DNA of 64,000 nt from Sphingopyxis sp. (lineage in GTDB: Bacteria > Pseudomonadota > Alphaproteobacteria > Sphingomonadales > Sphingomonadaceae): NCBI GenBank assembly GCA_013821905.1, contig PNJO01000001.1, positions 5,989-69,988 on the forward strand, written 5' to 3'. A model generated the notes under the pieces. The model searched no databases, was not told the origin of the DNA, and saw only the letters and a list, made by a program, of their open reading frames with translations. Shown one piece after another: positions 16,447 through 24,666 of the stretch; within the stretch, counting starts at the first letter, position 1, and each line of letters begins with the position of its first letter. The position numbers and the translations under genes are program-made.

Positions 16447-17630
16447 ATGGACGAAGAGAATCTTATTTTCCTCAGCTATGCGAGCCCCGATCGCGATGCC
16501 GTCATGGGCTTCCACGCGTCGCTACAAGCTGCAGGCTACAATGTCTGGATGGACCGCTTTCGCCTCAAGGGCGGCCAAGCATGGGACGTCGAGGTCAAGC
16601 GTGCGATGCGTAAGGCAACGATCATCGTCGTGTTCCTCTCCTCGCACTCGGTCGATCGCCGCGGCTATGCGCAACGCGAAGTGAAGATCGCGCTGGAACA
16701 GCTCAAGGACCGCCTCGTCGACGACATTTATCTGATCCCGGTGATGCTCGAGCCCGGTCTGGCGGTTCCTGACCAACTCGCGGACATTCAGGCGGTCGGT
16801 CTGGACGGTCAGGACGCCGGTACCGCGCTCAAGGACGCGATCGACGAGCAGCTCTCGCGCCTCGGCGCCAAGATCGCGCAGGTGCAGGCGGACGCCAATA
16901 TCCAGTGGACCGACAGCGTCTTCGAGGACAAATGGGATGGACTGCCCGGCTATGATGTGAGCTACCATCTGCCGCGCTTCACCTCGCGCGACTATCCGGC
17001 GTCGCGGAAATCACCGACGTCCTGCGCGGCTGGCTCCAAGGCCAGGTCATGGGCCAGCGAACCGTCAAGTTCGACCAGTCGCCTGACCTCTACAGCTTCG
17101 CCGAAACCCGTTTCAGCCGCCAGAACAGCTGGGAGGCCTCCTATGGCGAACCGCAGATCCGGGGACGCGTCCTCAGCATCGCCTTCTCAATCTGGTGGTA
17201 CGGCGCCAAGGCGGCCCATCCGAACCACCAGTATCAGACCTTCGCCTTCACGCTCGATCCGGTGACCCGGATCAGTGAACTTCGCGAGATCTTTGTCGAT
17301 CCCGATGCAGGGTTCAAGCTCGTCCAAAGCGAGTCTCGGCGTCTCCTTCTCGCTCTCGATCTGGATGGCGACATGCTCCCTCCCGATCAGATCGCGAGCG
17401 GAACAGAGACCTGGGACGACTTCAGCGATTTTCTGTTCACTGCGGACGGTCTCGACATATTCTTCCCACCATATCAGGTCGCCGCCTACGCCTATGGGCC
17501 GCAGCATGTCCGGATCGCCTACGACCTCCTTACCGACCTTCTTCTCCCGCTCTATGCGCAGCTGCTCGACGCGACCTATCTGGGTGCCGCCCATCGTAAT
17601 CCGCCATGGGACGACACAGCGTCCGCCTGA
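16447..17630 (+). pseudogene. TIR-domain protein fused to DUF4163/DUF3298 (RsiV-like) domain, reading frame broken near 16996-17001
   Basis: ORF 16447..17265 begins with a TIR pattern: LIFLSYASPDRD...GYNVWMDRFRLKGGQAW...ATIIVVFLSSHSV...YAQREVKIAL. After ...YHLPRFTSRDYP it runs into low-complexity text. A frame shifted by one nucleotide continues GVAEITDVLRGWLQGQVMGQRTV and then shows DUF3298-like motifs (WWYGAKAAHPNHQYQTFAFTLDP, GLDIFFPPYQVAAYAYGPQHVRIAY) up to 17630. Confidence 0.7.
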
Positions 17631-17657
17631 TCGCGTACAGTCAGGGAGGAATAACCG

Positions 17658-19151
17658 TTAGGCGGTCAGGCGCGTGCGCAGGTGGATCAGGCCGCGGAGG
17701 CCATCCTTGAACGCGCCTCTCGCTGCCGAAATGGACCCCGGATGGCGATCGGCGAGATAGCCATGCATCAACCACTGCCGATATTCAGGCGATGCCTTTT
17801 CGGACAGGATCGGATCGATCCCGGCTCGCTCGCAGGCGGAGAGCAGCCCTTCGAACTCCGAGATCGAACAGACATGGTAGGGATAGCGTCGCAGCAGCTC
17901 GGGGTCGAGGCGCCGCCGGACGAACTCGGCATCGACGAGCCCCGCGATGGTCGTGTGAATATACGGCCCAAAATAAAACCATTCATAGAAGGTCACGACG
18001 ACCGGATGGATCGGGCGGCCGTCATCCTGCCAATGCGGATAATGGCCGGCCATCGCATCGGTCAGCGTCGCATAAAGCTGTCCGATATTTTTCGCGAGCC
18101 GCTCGAGGGCTTTCGCAAGCGGGGGCTGTTCGGTGATCTCGCTCTGCGAGGCGATATCGAGCCGCGCCATCTTGCACTCGACGAACAGGGTGCCCGTCGC
18201 ATCGCTCATGATCCAGTCGACGCTTTTGCATTCGGGCGTGCCCCATATCGCTTCGCCGTGCCGCTCAAGCCAGTCTCCGCCGAGATGCGCCGCGACGCTC
18301 CCGACATAGGCTTCGAACGCATCCCCCACGGCATCGCCAAACTGGTCGTCCGAGCGAATCAGATCGAAGAAGAGCCCATCGGTGAGACGCCGCACGAGCA
18401 TCGTCGGGATCGGGCACATCACCGAGTCCGGGTTACCTGCATGGAGAAGGGGATATTCGCGCATCGGATTGAAGCTGAAGGCCCAGTTGACCCCATAGCT
18501 CTGGCGCGCTGCCAATTCGGCGCGCAGGTCGCCCGCCGATTTGGCGATGCGGTCGCGCAGTGCCTTCACCGGCTCATGGATCGACGGGTCGGCCTCCGCG
18601 AGAAAGGCAAAGGGGGGTGCCGGTCCCTCGGCAAGTTCCTGGATCAGTAGCATGATGATCTGAAAAAGCTCATCGGTTGACATGCCGAACAAGGCCTCGA
18701 CCATCGGCGCGACCCGCGGGTGCGCGTAGAGCTTGTGGAAGCGCGCGACTTCGCCAGTGGCGAGCGGCGACTGGTAACTGAATTGCTGAAAGGCGAGGCG
18801 CGACAGCTGCAGCAGGATGTCGGTCGGGCGATTGTCGTGCGCCCCCCAATAGCGATCCTCAAGCTTTTGGATCATCGACATTGTTGTGAATGCCGGCTTC
18901 GCGCTGTTGAAGGGTTTTCCCGGCCGCAGCTGACAATTGAGAACGATTTCACGGGCCATCAGCTCGACCAGATGGCCATGGAGCTGCGACCGCATCGGCG
19001 ACAGCCCGAGGCTCAGCGGAATATTCTCGAGTCGCGGCGGGAGGTCATGGTCCCAGCCGATGCGTTGCATATAGGCGTAGACCGTGCCGAGCGCGCTCCA
19101 CAGGTGAAATCCGCGCAGGTAATTTCGTAGCGGCTTGTAATGCGCGTACAT
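17658..19151 (-). CDS. hypothetical protein with PD-(D/E)xK-like motif
   Basis: The ORF is open to 19478, but the first 109 codons are Arg-rich. The likely start is ATG 19151 (MYAHYKPLRNY). It contains FGDAVGDAFEAYVGS...SVDWIMSDATGTLFVECKMARL, a D...ExK pattern. Convergent with the TIR gene. Confidence 0.65.
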   Translation of the reverse strand: MYAHYKPLRNYLRGFHLWSALGTVYAYMQRIGWDHDLPPRLENIPLSLGLSPMRSQLHGHLVELMAREIVLNCQLRPGKPFNSAKPAFTTMSMIQKLEDRYWGAHDNRPTDILLQLSRLAFQQFSYQSPLATGEVARFHKLYAHPRVAPMVEALFGMSTDELFQIIMLLIQELAEGPAPPFAFLAEADPSIHEPVKALRDRIAKSAGDLRAELAARQSYGVNWAFSFNPMREYPLLHAGNPDSVMCPIPTMLVRRLTDGLFFDLIRSDDQFGDAVGDAFEAYVGSVAAHLGGDWLERHGEAIWGTPECKSVDWIMSDATGTLFVECKMARLDIASQSEITEQPPLAKALERLAKNIGQLYATLTDAMAGHYPHWQDDGRPIHPVVVTFYEWFYFGPYIHTTIAGLVDAEFVRRRLDPELLRRYPYHVCSISEFEGLLSACERAGIDPILSEKASPEYRQWLMHGYLADRHPGSISAARGAFKDGLRGLIHLRTRLTA

Positions 19152-19487
19152 CCGGCAACGCTGCCATTGCACCGAGCTGCCTGCAACCGCGCTTCGCGAC
19201 CATTCCGCAAGTCCTGCCCGTCTGCGTCTTACATTATACTCAGCTATCGCCGTGAGGCGGCGTCCCGTCAGTCTGCGTTCGAGGTGATGCGATGAACAAA
19301 TGGTCCCGGTGCATCGATCAATTCTTCCTCGCCGAGAACCGGCTTCCGCCATTGACGCGCCTGTTCCTGGTCGTCGCGATTGCGTTCGTTGCCGCGCTCG
19401 CTGGCGACCTCGTGAACATCGCCGGTTATACCGTCGGCTTGTTCGTCCGCTGACCGGGCTGAGCCCGAGCGTGTGCATAATTTGAAG

Positions 19488-20246
19488 TCACCGCGCCGCG
19501 ACCTTTCGCATGATCTCGAAATAGCGCGCATTGATTTCACCCTCCTCGTCGCCGATCGGGGCACTTTGGCGATAAAGATAGGAAAGCTTCGGAAAGTAGG
19601 GTGCGCGCTGGCTCGTCACACGAAACTGCAGATCGGCGGCATGCCGCTTGGTCTTCTCGACGACGAAGGTCGCGAGCGTGATCCTGTGCCCGTCGACAAT
19701 ATCCCAGACCTGTCCCTCGATACGCCCGTCGCGCAACTGCCCCTCAACTTCCAGCCGCGAGAAGATATGATATTGCCGTAACCCCTCGCTGATGATCTCC
19801 CCCTGAGCCGCCCCGTCATAGGTGCGTAGCGCGAGTTTCACCGGCTCGCCTTCGACCGATGGATCAAGACCTTCGGGCGAGCTGGCCTCGTCGACTGCCC
19901 CGCTCTCGCTCGACCAAACGCCGGTAAACGCCTTCGAGACATATATTTCGTCCGCCGCGTCCCGCGCGAGCTTCGGTGCCTCCGAGCGAAAGCTGTTGAT
20001 CACTGCCGGGAATTGCAGTGCGCCGAACACCGCTGCCGCCGCCCAGCCCGAAAAGGCGAAGAGCGGCCTCTGGTAAAACGCTGCGGGTTGCGCAGGCGCG
20101 GGTGGAGCGCCATCGCCCACCGGCCGTTTGCGCTTGGGTTTGGAATAGGGTTTGATAGATACGTCCTTCGGCGCAAAGTTAATCGAACGAAGAACAACTC
20201 CGCCAGTAAATAATTCTGGCGTCGGGCAAGGAGAAGCGCCCTTCAT
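19488..20246 (-). CDS. hypothetical protein with one predicted TM helix
   Basis: Ordinary composition. Hydrophobic stretch RPLFAFSGWAAAAVFGALQFPAVI, followed by a beta-rich-looking domain. Start uncertain (ATG 20267 or 20246). ATG 20246 shares the palindromic CATG with the start of the divergent RES gene. Confidence 0.5.
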   Translation of the reverse strand: MKGASPCPTPELFTGGVVLRSINFAPKDVSIKPYSKPKRKRPVGDGAPPAPAQPAAFYQRPLFAFSGWAAAAVFGALQFPAVINSFRSEAPKLARDAADEIYVSKAFTGVWSSESGAVDEASSPEGLDPSVEGEPVKLALRTYDGAAQGEIISEGLRQYHIFSRLEVEGQLRDGRIEGQVWDIVDGHRITLATFVVEKTKRHAADLQFRVTSQRAPYFPKLSYLYRQSAPIGDEEGEINARYFEIMRKVAAR

Positions 20247-21357
20247 GTACGCCAGGATTTCGCGCACTTATCTGAAACTGCAGGCCCGCTTGCGAGGCGA
20301 CCATCGATCCCCCCTTTGCGCCGAATGCTTTCAGGATCATGGGCTGCGCAGGATGGCGCGCGCTGTGCGTGGCAAGTCGGTCCGGTGTCGCCAATGCGGG
20401 GCGGTCTCGGTGCACGGCCTCTCCAGAGAGCAGCTCCACGACCTCTGCCAGACCTTCTTCGTTCGCGGAAGCATCATTGCCGCCGACTATGGCGCCTCTC
20501 CCCTCATTCAGTTCAATGACCTGCGGGAAAACGAACTCGACGTGGAGGGCGAGATCAATGCCGACATCGCTCTCCTGCACAAGACGATCGGGATCGGATT
20601 CTTCCACTATGGGCCGCGCCTCTGGATGCTCGGAGCGGTTGAACCGCTCCAGAAACTTCGAACCAGGCGGGGGCGCCGGCCCGTCATCAACCGGATCCTT
20701 CGCACCTATCCTGTGCGCGAACTCACGCCCCGCGACGAATTCTACAGGGTGCGCAAGGCCCCGGCCGAAGCGTCGGACGCGGCCCAATATGACGCGCCGC
20801 CGGATGAATTTTGCGGGTCGGGACGGCTCGATTCGCCGAGCAATTCCATGCTCTACGGCTCGCAGGATATCGAAATCTGCGTGCACGAATGCCGGTTCAG
20901 TGCGGGCGACGAACTTTACGTCGCGACGCTCGCCCCGACCCGGACGCTTCGCCTTGTCGACCTCACCGAAATATTGGAGGAGACGGGAACCGAATTCGAC
21001 AGCCTCGACCTCACGGTACTGATGCTCTTCCTGGCTGGCAGCCACGCCTATGAGATCACGCGCGAGCTTGCCGCTTCCGCGCGCGCCAAAGGGTTCGACG
21101 GCATCATCTACCCATCCTATTTCAGCATGCTGCGCACCGGCGGCATGCCGTTCGAAACGATGTTCGGTATCGCGATGCGCCGCATTCGCGAGACACGCAG
21201 CTATGAGAAGGCCAAGGTCATCGGAAATCTCGCCTTGTTCGGCCACCCGATCGCTGACGGAAATGTCCAAGTCGCCGGAATCAATCGACTGGTGATCAGC
21301 AAGGTGGCCTATGCGGTGACATTCGGTCCGGTGATGTCACCGGAACCAAGCGGGTGA
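20245..21357 (+). CDS. RES-domain protein with N-terminal CxxC...CxxC zinc-ribbon-like region
   Basis: ATG 20245 is preceded by AAGGAG. CAECFQ-x18-CRQCG lies near the N-terminus. GSGRLDSPSNSMLYGSQDIEICVHECR supplies the R and E; GFDGIIYPSYFS...NLALFG supplies the S. Confidence 0.8.
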   Translation: MYARISRTYLKLQARLRGDHRSPLCAECFQDHGLRRMARAVRGKSVRCRQCGAVSVHGLSREQLHDLCQTFFVRGSIIAADYGASPLIQFNDLRENELDVEGEINADIALLHKTIGIGFFHYGPRLWMLGAVEPLQKLRTRRGRRPVINRILRTYPVRELTPRDEFYRVRKAPAEASDAAQYDAPPDEFCGSGRLDSPSNSMLYGSQDIEICVHECRFSAGDELYVATLAPTRTLRLVDLTEILEETGTEFDSLDLTVLMLFLAGSHAYEITRELAASARAKGFDGIIYPSYFSMLRTGGMPFETMFGIAMRRIRETRSYEKAKVIGNLALFGHPIADGNVQVAGINRLVISKVAYAVTFGPVMSPEPSG

Positions 21358-21485
21358 CGATAGGTCATCGGTGGCGAAGTCTCATGCTGCAATGCCGGAG
21401 GATCGGGGCACGGGTTCGCGCGCGATTGGTTCGCACTCGCCTGCAAGAGCCCGGTCCTGCGCGGGAGAAGACAGAGGGGGTGAAC

Positions 21486-22286
21486 ATGACCGAAGAATCC
21501 GAAACGGCGGCTCCGTCACTCAGCGACACGTTGCGCCAACAGACGGTCGCGCTCGCGAACGGATTGGAAGCCACGCTGCTGCGGCATATCGCGAACCTGC
21601 CGGCTCCGCCGACGCTCAGTGCCGCGACCGAGGCACAGATCAAGAAGCGCGTGCCGCCAAAGGCCTTGCCGCGCTCGCTGACGCCCGATGGGGCCATTGC
21701 GCTGCTCGCGCTAGAGATCGACGATATCGGGACGCGTATTTCGCACTATCAGTTCATCGAACGCTATTGCGAGCATTTCAACGCCCCCGATCAGGTGTGG
21801 CGGGCGGCCTTCGTCACGCACACGCATATCCTGCGCGGGAGCGAAATCTATGTGATCATGGAGCGCAGCTGCGAATGGCTGGACTTCTTTGCGAGTTTCG
21901 CCGGCGACATCGGCATTACCGCTACAAAACAGTCCAAAGCCCTCCAGAAAAAGTTCAAGAAGCATTTCGAGCGCCATCTGCGCGAGCGCCACCGGATCGT
22001 CCACGTCCATGAGCGGCCGTCGCTCGTCTCGCGCATGCTCAGCGTACCCCCTGCCGAAATGGGCCGGCCCGAGGTGGCCGACGTGTTCGCGACGGTCCTC
22101 GGCGCCCTCACGACGATGATGAAAGAGAGCCTCGGAGAGGCGGCAGACGGCGCGAGCCCGCAGCAGACCTTCGCGACGATCAATGACTTGCGGCTACGGG
22201 CCGTCGACAAGGAATGCCTCGACATGTGGGATTTGTTCCAGGATGCGATCAATAGCGCGATTGATCCTTCGAGCCTGCTCAAATGA
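21486..22286 (+). CDS. hypothetical protein
   Basis: ATG 21486 follows GAGGGGG. An alternative GTG at 21354 would overlap the RES stop (GTGA) but adds 44 Arg-rich codons. Helical-looking sequence with no recognisable motif. Confidence 0.6.
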   Translation: MTEESETAAPSLSDTLRQQTVALANGLEATLLRHIANLPAPPTLSAATEAQIKKRVPPKALPRSLTPDGAIALLALEIDDIGTRISHYQFIERYCEHFNAPDQVWRAAFVTHTHILRGSEIYVIMERSCEWLDFFASFAGDIGITATKQSKALQKKFKKHFERHLRERHRIVHVHERPSLVSRMLSVPPAEMGRPEVADVFATVLGALTTMMKESLGEAADGASPQQTFATINDLRLRAVDKECLDMWDLFQDAINSAIDPSSLLK

Positions 22287-22930
22287 CATATCCGGCAACA
22301 CTGGAAGAGAAGGCAGGGCTCTATCTCAAGGCCATGCACGAGGTCCGGGCGCGGCTTCGCTGTGTCGATGACCTGTTGAACCGCGACATGGCACCGCTTC
22401 TCATCGACGAATTCTGTCAGTTGCAGCTCCGCCTGTCCTGCGAGTGCCTCGCGATCGCCTGCCTCGCGGCGCAAGGCGATTTCGAGACCCACAAGGATTT
22501 GCGCGAGCGTTATCAGCCAAGCCTGATCTTCAAGGCGCTCGAAGGGCTGTATCCTGCCTTCTTTCCGACACCGTCGATTCTTCAGCCCACGGGGCCGGGG
22601 AGCTGGCATTTCGACGATGTCGGGCGTGGTCATGCGATCACGCGCGAGGAGGTAGAACAGATCTGGAATCTCTCGGGCGATCGCCTCCACCGCGCATCGG
22701 TCAAACGCTATCTCCAGGACGTCAAGCAGACCGATTTGCTGGCTGTCTGCAATGCCAAGGAACGGTTCTGGAATCTTGTGCTCGACCATATGGTGGTCCT
22801 GGCCGACCAGGTGTCGCGCCTGCACGTCCATGTCGAGCGCGAGACCGAGGACATCCGGTGCCATTTCCTGTTTCTCGATCTCGAGACCGGAACCTCGAAG
22901 GTGCAGGCTTTCGATATCGAGGTCGAATAG
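22283..22930 (+). CDS. hypothetical protein
   Basis: The start overlaps the upstream stop (ATGA). Sampled third-position GC is 17/20 in this frame versus 13/20 for the antisense ORF. No recognisable motif. Confidence 0.65.
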   Translation: MTYPATLEEKAGLYLKAMHEVRARLRCVDDLLNRDMAPLLIDEFCQLQLRLSCECLAIACLAAQGDFETHKDLRERYQPSLIFKALEGLYPAFFPTPSILQPTGPGSWHFDDVGRGHAITREEVEQIWNLSGDRLHRASVKRYLQDVKQTDLLAVCNAKERFWNLVLDHMVVLADQVSRLHVHVERETEDIRCHFLFLDLETGTSKVQAFDIEVE

Positions 22931-23488
22931 GGCGGTCGCCAAGTCGCAGTGATTATGGTCGATATCGCCATGGAATTCGCCGCCCTGAATCGGTAGAGTG
23001 AAACCGAAATTTTCTTCTCGAATGTGGATTGTCACATCGACATGAGTTCCCAGCGGAAGCGCTGGTAGCTCCCAAGGGTCGACGAAGTTCTTGAACACGT
23101 CGAGTTGCTCTTCGAGAATCTCCTGTCGAAGTCGCGTCTTCAGTTCGTCCAGGTTTCCGTCTTCGTCTCAGTCGAGCACCCGGCGACGCAGGGCGGTCGT
23201 CTTAAGCTCGACACTCTCAACGGCTTGTACCGCTTCCTGTAGCCAATAGGCCGGGTTCGCAGTTTTGATCGCGCTTTTGACTGCCAGCTGGACCGGAATG
23301 CTAGCGGTGCGCGAGCAGCAAGGGAGCGGATAGTCAGCTTTTCCATATCCGGGCCGTAAAGCTGCCATTCCGCAATCGGCCAGATCCGCCCAGGGCGCGC
23401 TCCTCTCGCTTGAAAGATTTTCTGATTGTCCCGATAGGTGAAGCGGTCAAATCGAACGATTGACTCGATTTGAACTACTGGAGATATT

Positions 23489-23740
23489 ATGCAAACCATC
23501 ACGGCCAATGAAGCGAAAACCCGCTTCGGCGAACTGATCGACCGTGTGCAGCGGGAACCTGTGCGGGTGACCCGGCATAACCGCGTCGTCGGCGTGATGG
23601 TGTCGCCAGAGGACTATGCAGCCATGCAAGACTTCTACGCCGACAGACTTGCGCGCACTCTCAGCGAAACCACACGCGAAGCCGCTGAAAAGGGCCTGAC
23701 CGAGGACGAACTCGCGCGACTGCTTTCCGATGAAGGGTGA
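23489..23740 (+). CDS. Phd/YefM-family type II antitoxin
   Basis: 83 aa. MQTITANEAKTRFGELIDRVQREPVRVTRHNRVVGVMVSPEDY is the classic Phd/YefM N-terminus. RBS GGAGA is upstream. Confidence 0.85.
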   Translation: MQTITANEAKTRFGELIDRVQREPVRVTRHNRVVGVMVSPEDYAAMQDFYADRLARTLSETTREAAEKGLTEDELARLLSDEG

Positions 23741-23804
23741 CGCGTTCGTTCTCGCTACCAATGTTATTAGTCCGCCCCGTCAGCAGAATCCGCGGGCGCA
23801 GTAA
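23730..23804 (+). pseudogene. truncated PIN-domain (VapC-like) toxin, N-terminal 24 codons only
   Basis: The ATG overlaps the antitoxin's end. MKGDAFVLATNVISPPRQQNPRAQ* resembles the VapC start (hhLDTNVISElRrp.PnP). It terminates after 24 codons and is directly followed by a hairpin. Confidence 0.6.
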
Positions 23805-23809
23805 AAAGA

Positions 23810-23839
23810 ACGCCCGCCCAATCGTAACCGGGCGGGCGT
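23810..23839 (-). terminator. hairpin with T-tract on the - strand (intrinsic-terminator-like)
   Basis: ACGCCCGCCC (23810-23819) pairs with GGGCGGGCGT (23830-23839) around a 10-nt loop. On the - strand the stem is followed by TCTTTTTAC. It lies downstream of the - strand genes 23960..24943. Confidence 0.5.
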
Positions 23840-23959
23840 CAGAAGAAGAGCGGTGTTTCCTGAAAGGAAGAGCTCTCCTGGGTCGCACGGCGCGGATAGC
23901 GTCGCAGACGGAATGATTATTGTACGGCAACGCCAAAACGGATCGCCGGAAAACGGCCA

Positions 23960-24214
23960 TTATTCGCTGGTCTGATCGGAGGGATCGCGCTCGCCGAGAG
24001 CCGTGTGAACCGAGCGGCCGACCTGAAATCGGATGCCGAGCTTTTTCGCGATGCGGCGCAGGGATGCGCGGGCTGTCTTACGCCGGTTGGGCGGTATCTT
24101 CACAGGTTGGGGTCTCCGGAATTCGTGGATAAGCAAGCCGCCGCATGAGCAAGGGAAGCGAAGTGCAGAAATCTGCCGAGATCGATGCACCAAGCGCAGG
24201 GCATTGACGATCAC
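23960..24214 (-). CDS. small basic hypothetical protein (weak call)
   Basis: The GTG start overlaps the DUF2384 gene's stop (GTGA). Only the distal ~47 codons (from internal GTG after GGAGA: VKIPPNRRKTARASLRRIAKKLGIRFQVGRSVHTAL...) show high third-position GC. Confidence 0.3.
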   Translation of the reverse strand: MIVNALRLVHRSRQISALRFPCSCGGLLIHEFRRPQPVKIPPNRRKTARASLRRIAKKLGIRFQVGRSVHTALGERDPSDQTSE

Positions 24215-24666
24215 TCGTAAATGATCTCGTTATCTTCGTAAGGGGCGGCGGTTGCCTCTTCAGGGGTGGGCGGCATGTATAGGCCGCCTCTCGCCGCGTT
24301 GACGAAACGCCGGACGGTCATCGGTCCCTCCAAGGTTCCATCGGCAATGAGGTCGATCGGCGGATTACCACCGAACGAGGTAGCGCTATGGGGTTTGTGC
24401 AACCAGGCGACGCCCTCCAGTTCGTCGGCGAAGAGGTCTCCCAGGCCCTGGTGAATTCCGAGCACCGCCGAGATCCGCATCAGGACGTTCTCTTCCAAGG
24501 CGATTTCGCGATGTTCCCGAACCCTCTTACGCCAGCGACTATAGGCCGAGCGGGATGGAGAGCCGAGGATCAGGCGTTGCTGCTCCCCGGTGAGTCTCCA
24601 CAGGCCCGCGATGGCCAGAAAGGTACGGAGGGCCGGTGCGCTCAGGCGGCGGCGATCATCGGTCAT
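24211..24666 (-). CDS. Xre-type antitoxin with DUF2384 (MbcA/ParS-like) toxin-binding domain
   Basis: LRTFLAIAGLWRLTGEQQRLILG is the HTH part. AVLGIHQGLGDLFADELEGVAWLHKPHSATSFGGNPPIDLIADGTLEGPMTVRRFVNAARGG is the DUF2384 signature (A..Wl..P...lgG..Pidll). ATG 24666 follows GGGAGCGGGG; the ORF is open to GTG 24690. Confidence 0.8.
   Translation of the reverse strand: MTDDRRRLSAPALRTFLAIAGLWRLTGEQQRLILGSPSRSAYSRWRKRVREHREIALEENVLMRISAVLGIHQGLGDLFADELEGVAWLHKPHSATSFGGNPPIDLIADGTLEGPMTVRRFVNAARGGLYMPPTPEEATAAPYEDNEIIYE

Noticed and set aside
16990-17005. Programmed ribosomal frameshift in the TIR-DUF3298 gene
   Set aside because: I saw no slippery heptamer or downstream structure at the frame switch. 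A mutational or assembly indel is the simpler explanation.
21848-23098. 416-aa - strand ORF covering 22283-22930 and the following gap
   Set aside because: Sampled third-position GC is 13/20 versus 17/20 for the + strand gene. Only its first ~56 codons lie in otherwise unassigned DNA, and these are discussed as a possible decayed remnant.
23140-23508. 122-aa - strand ORF upstream of the Phd antitoxin
   Set aside because: It overlaps the antitoxin's start and RBS and has no RBS of its own. Its text appears to be part of a frame-disrupted remnant rather than an intact gene.
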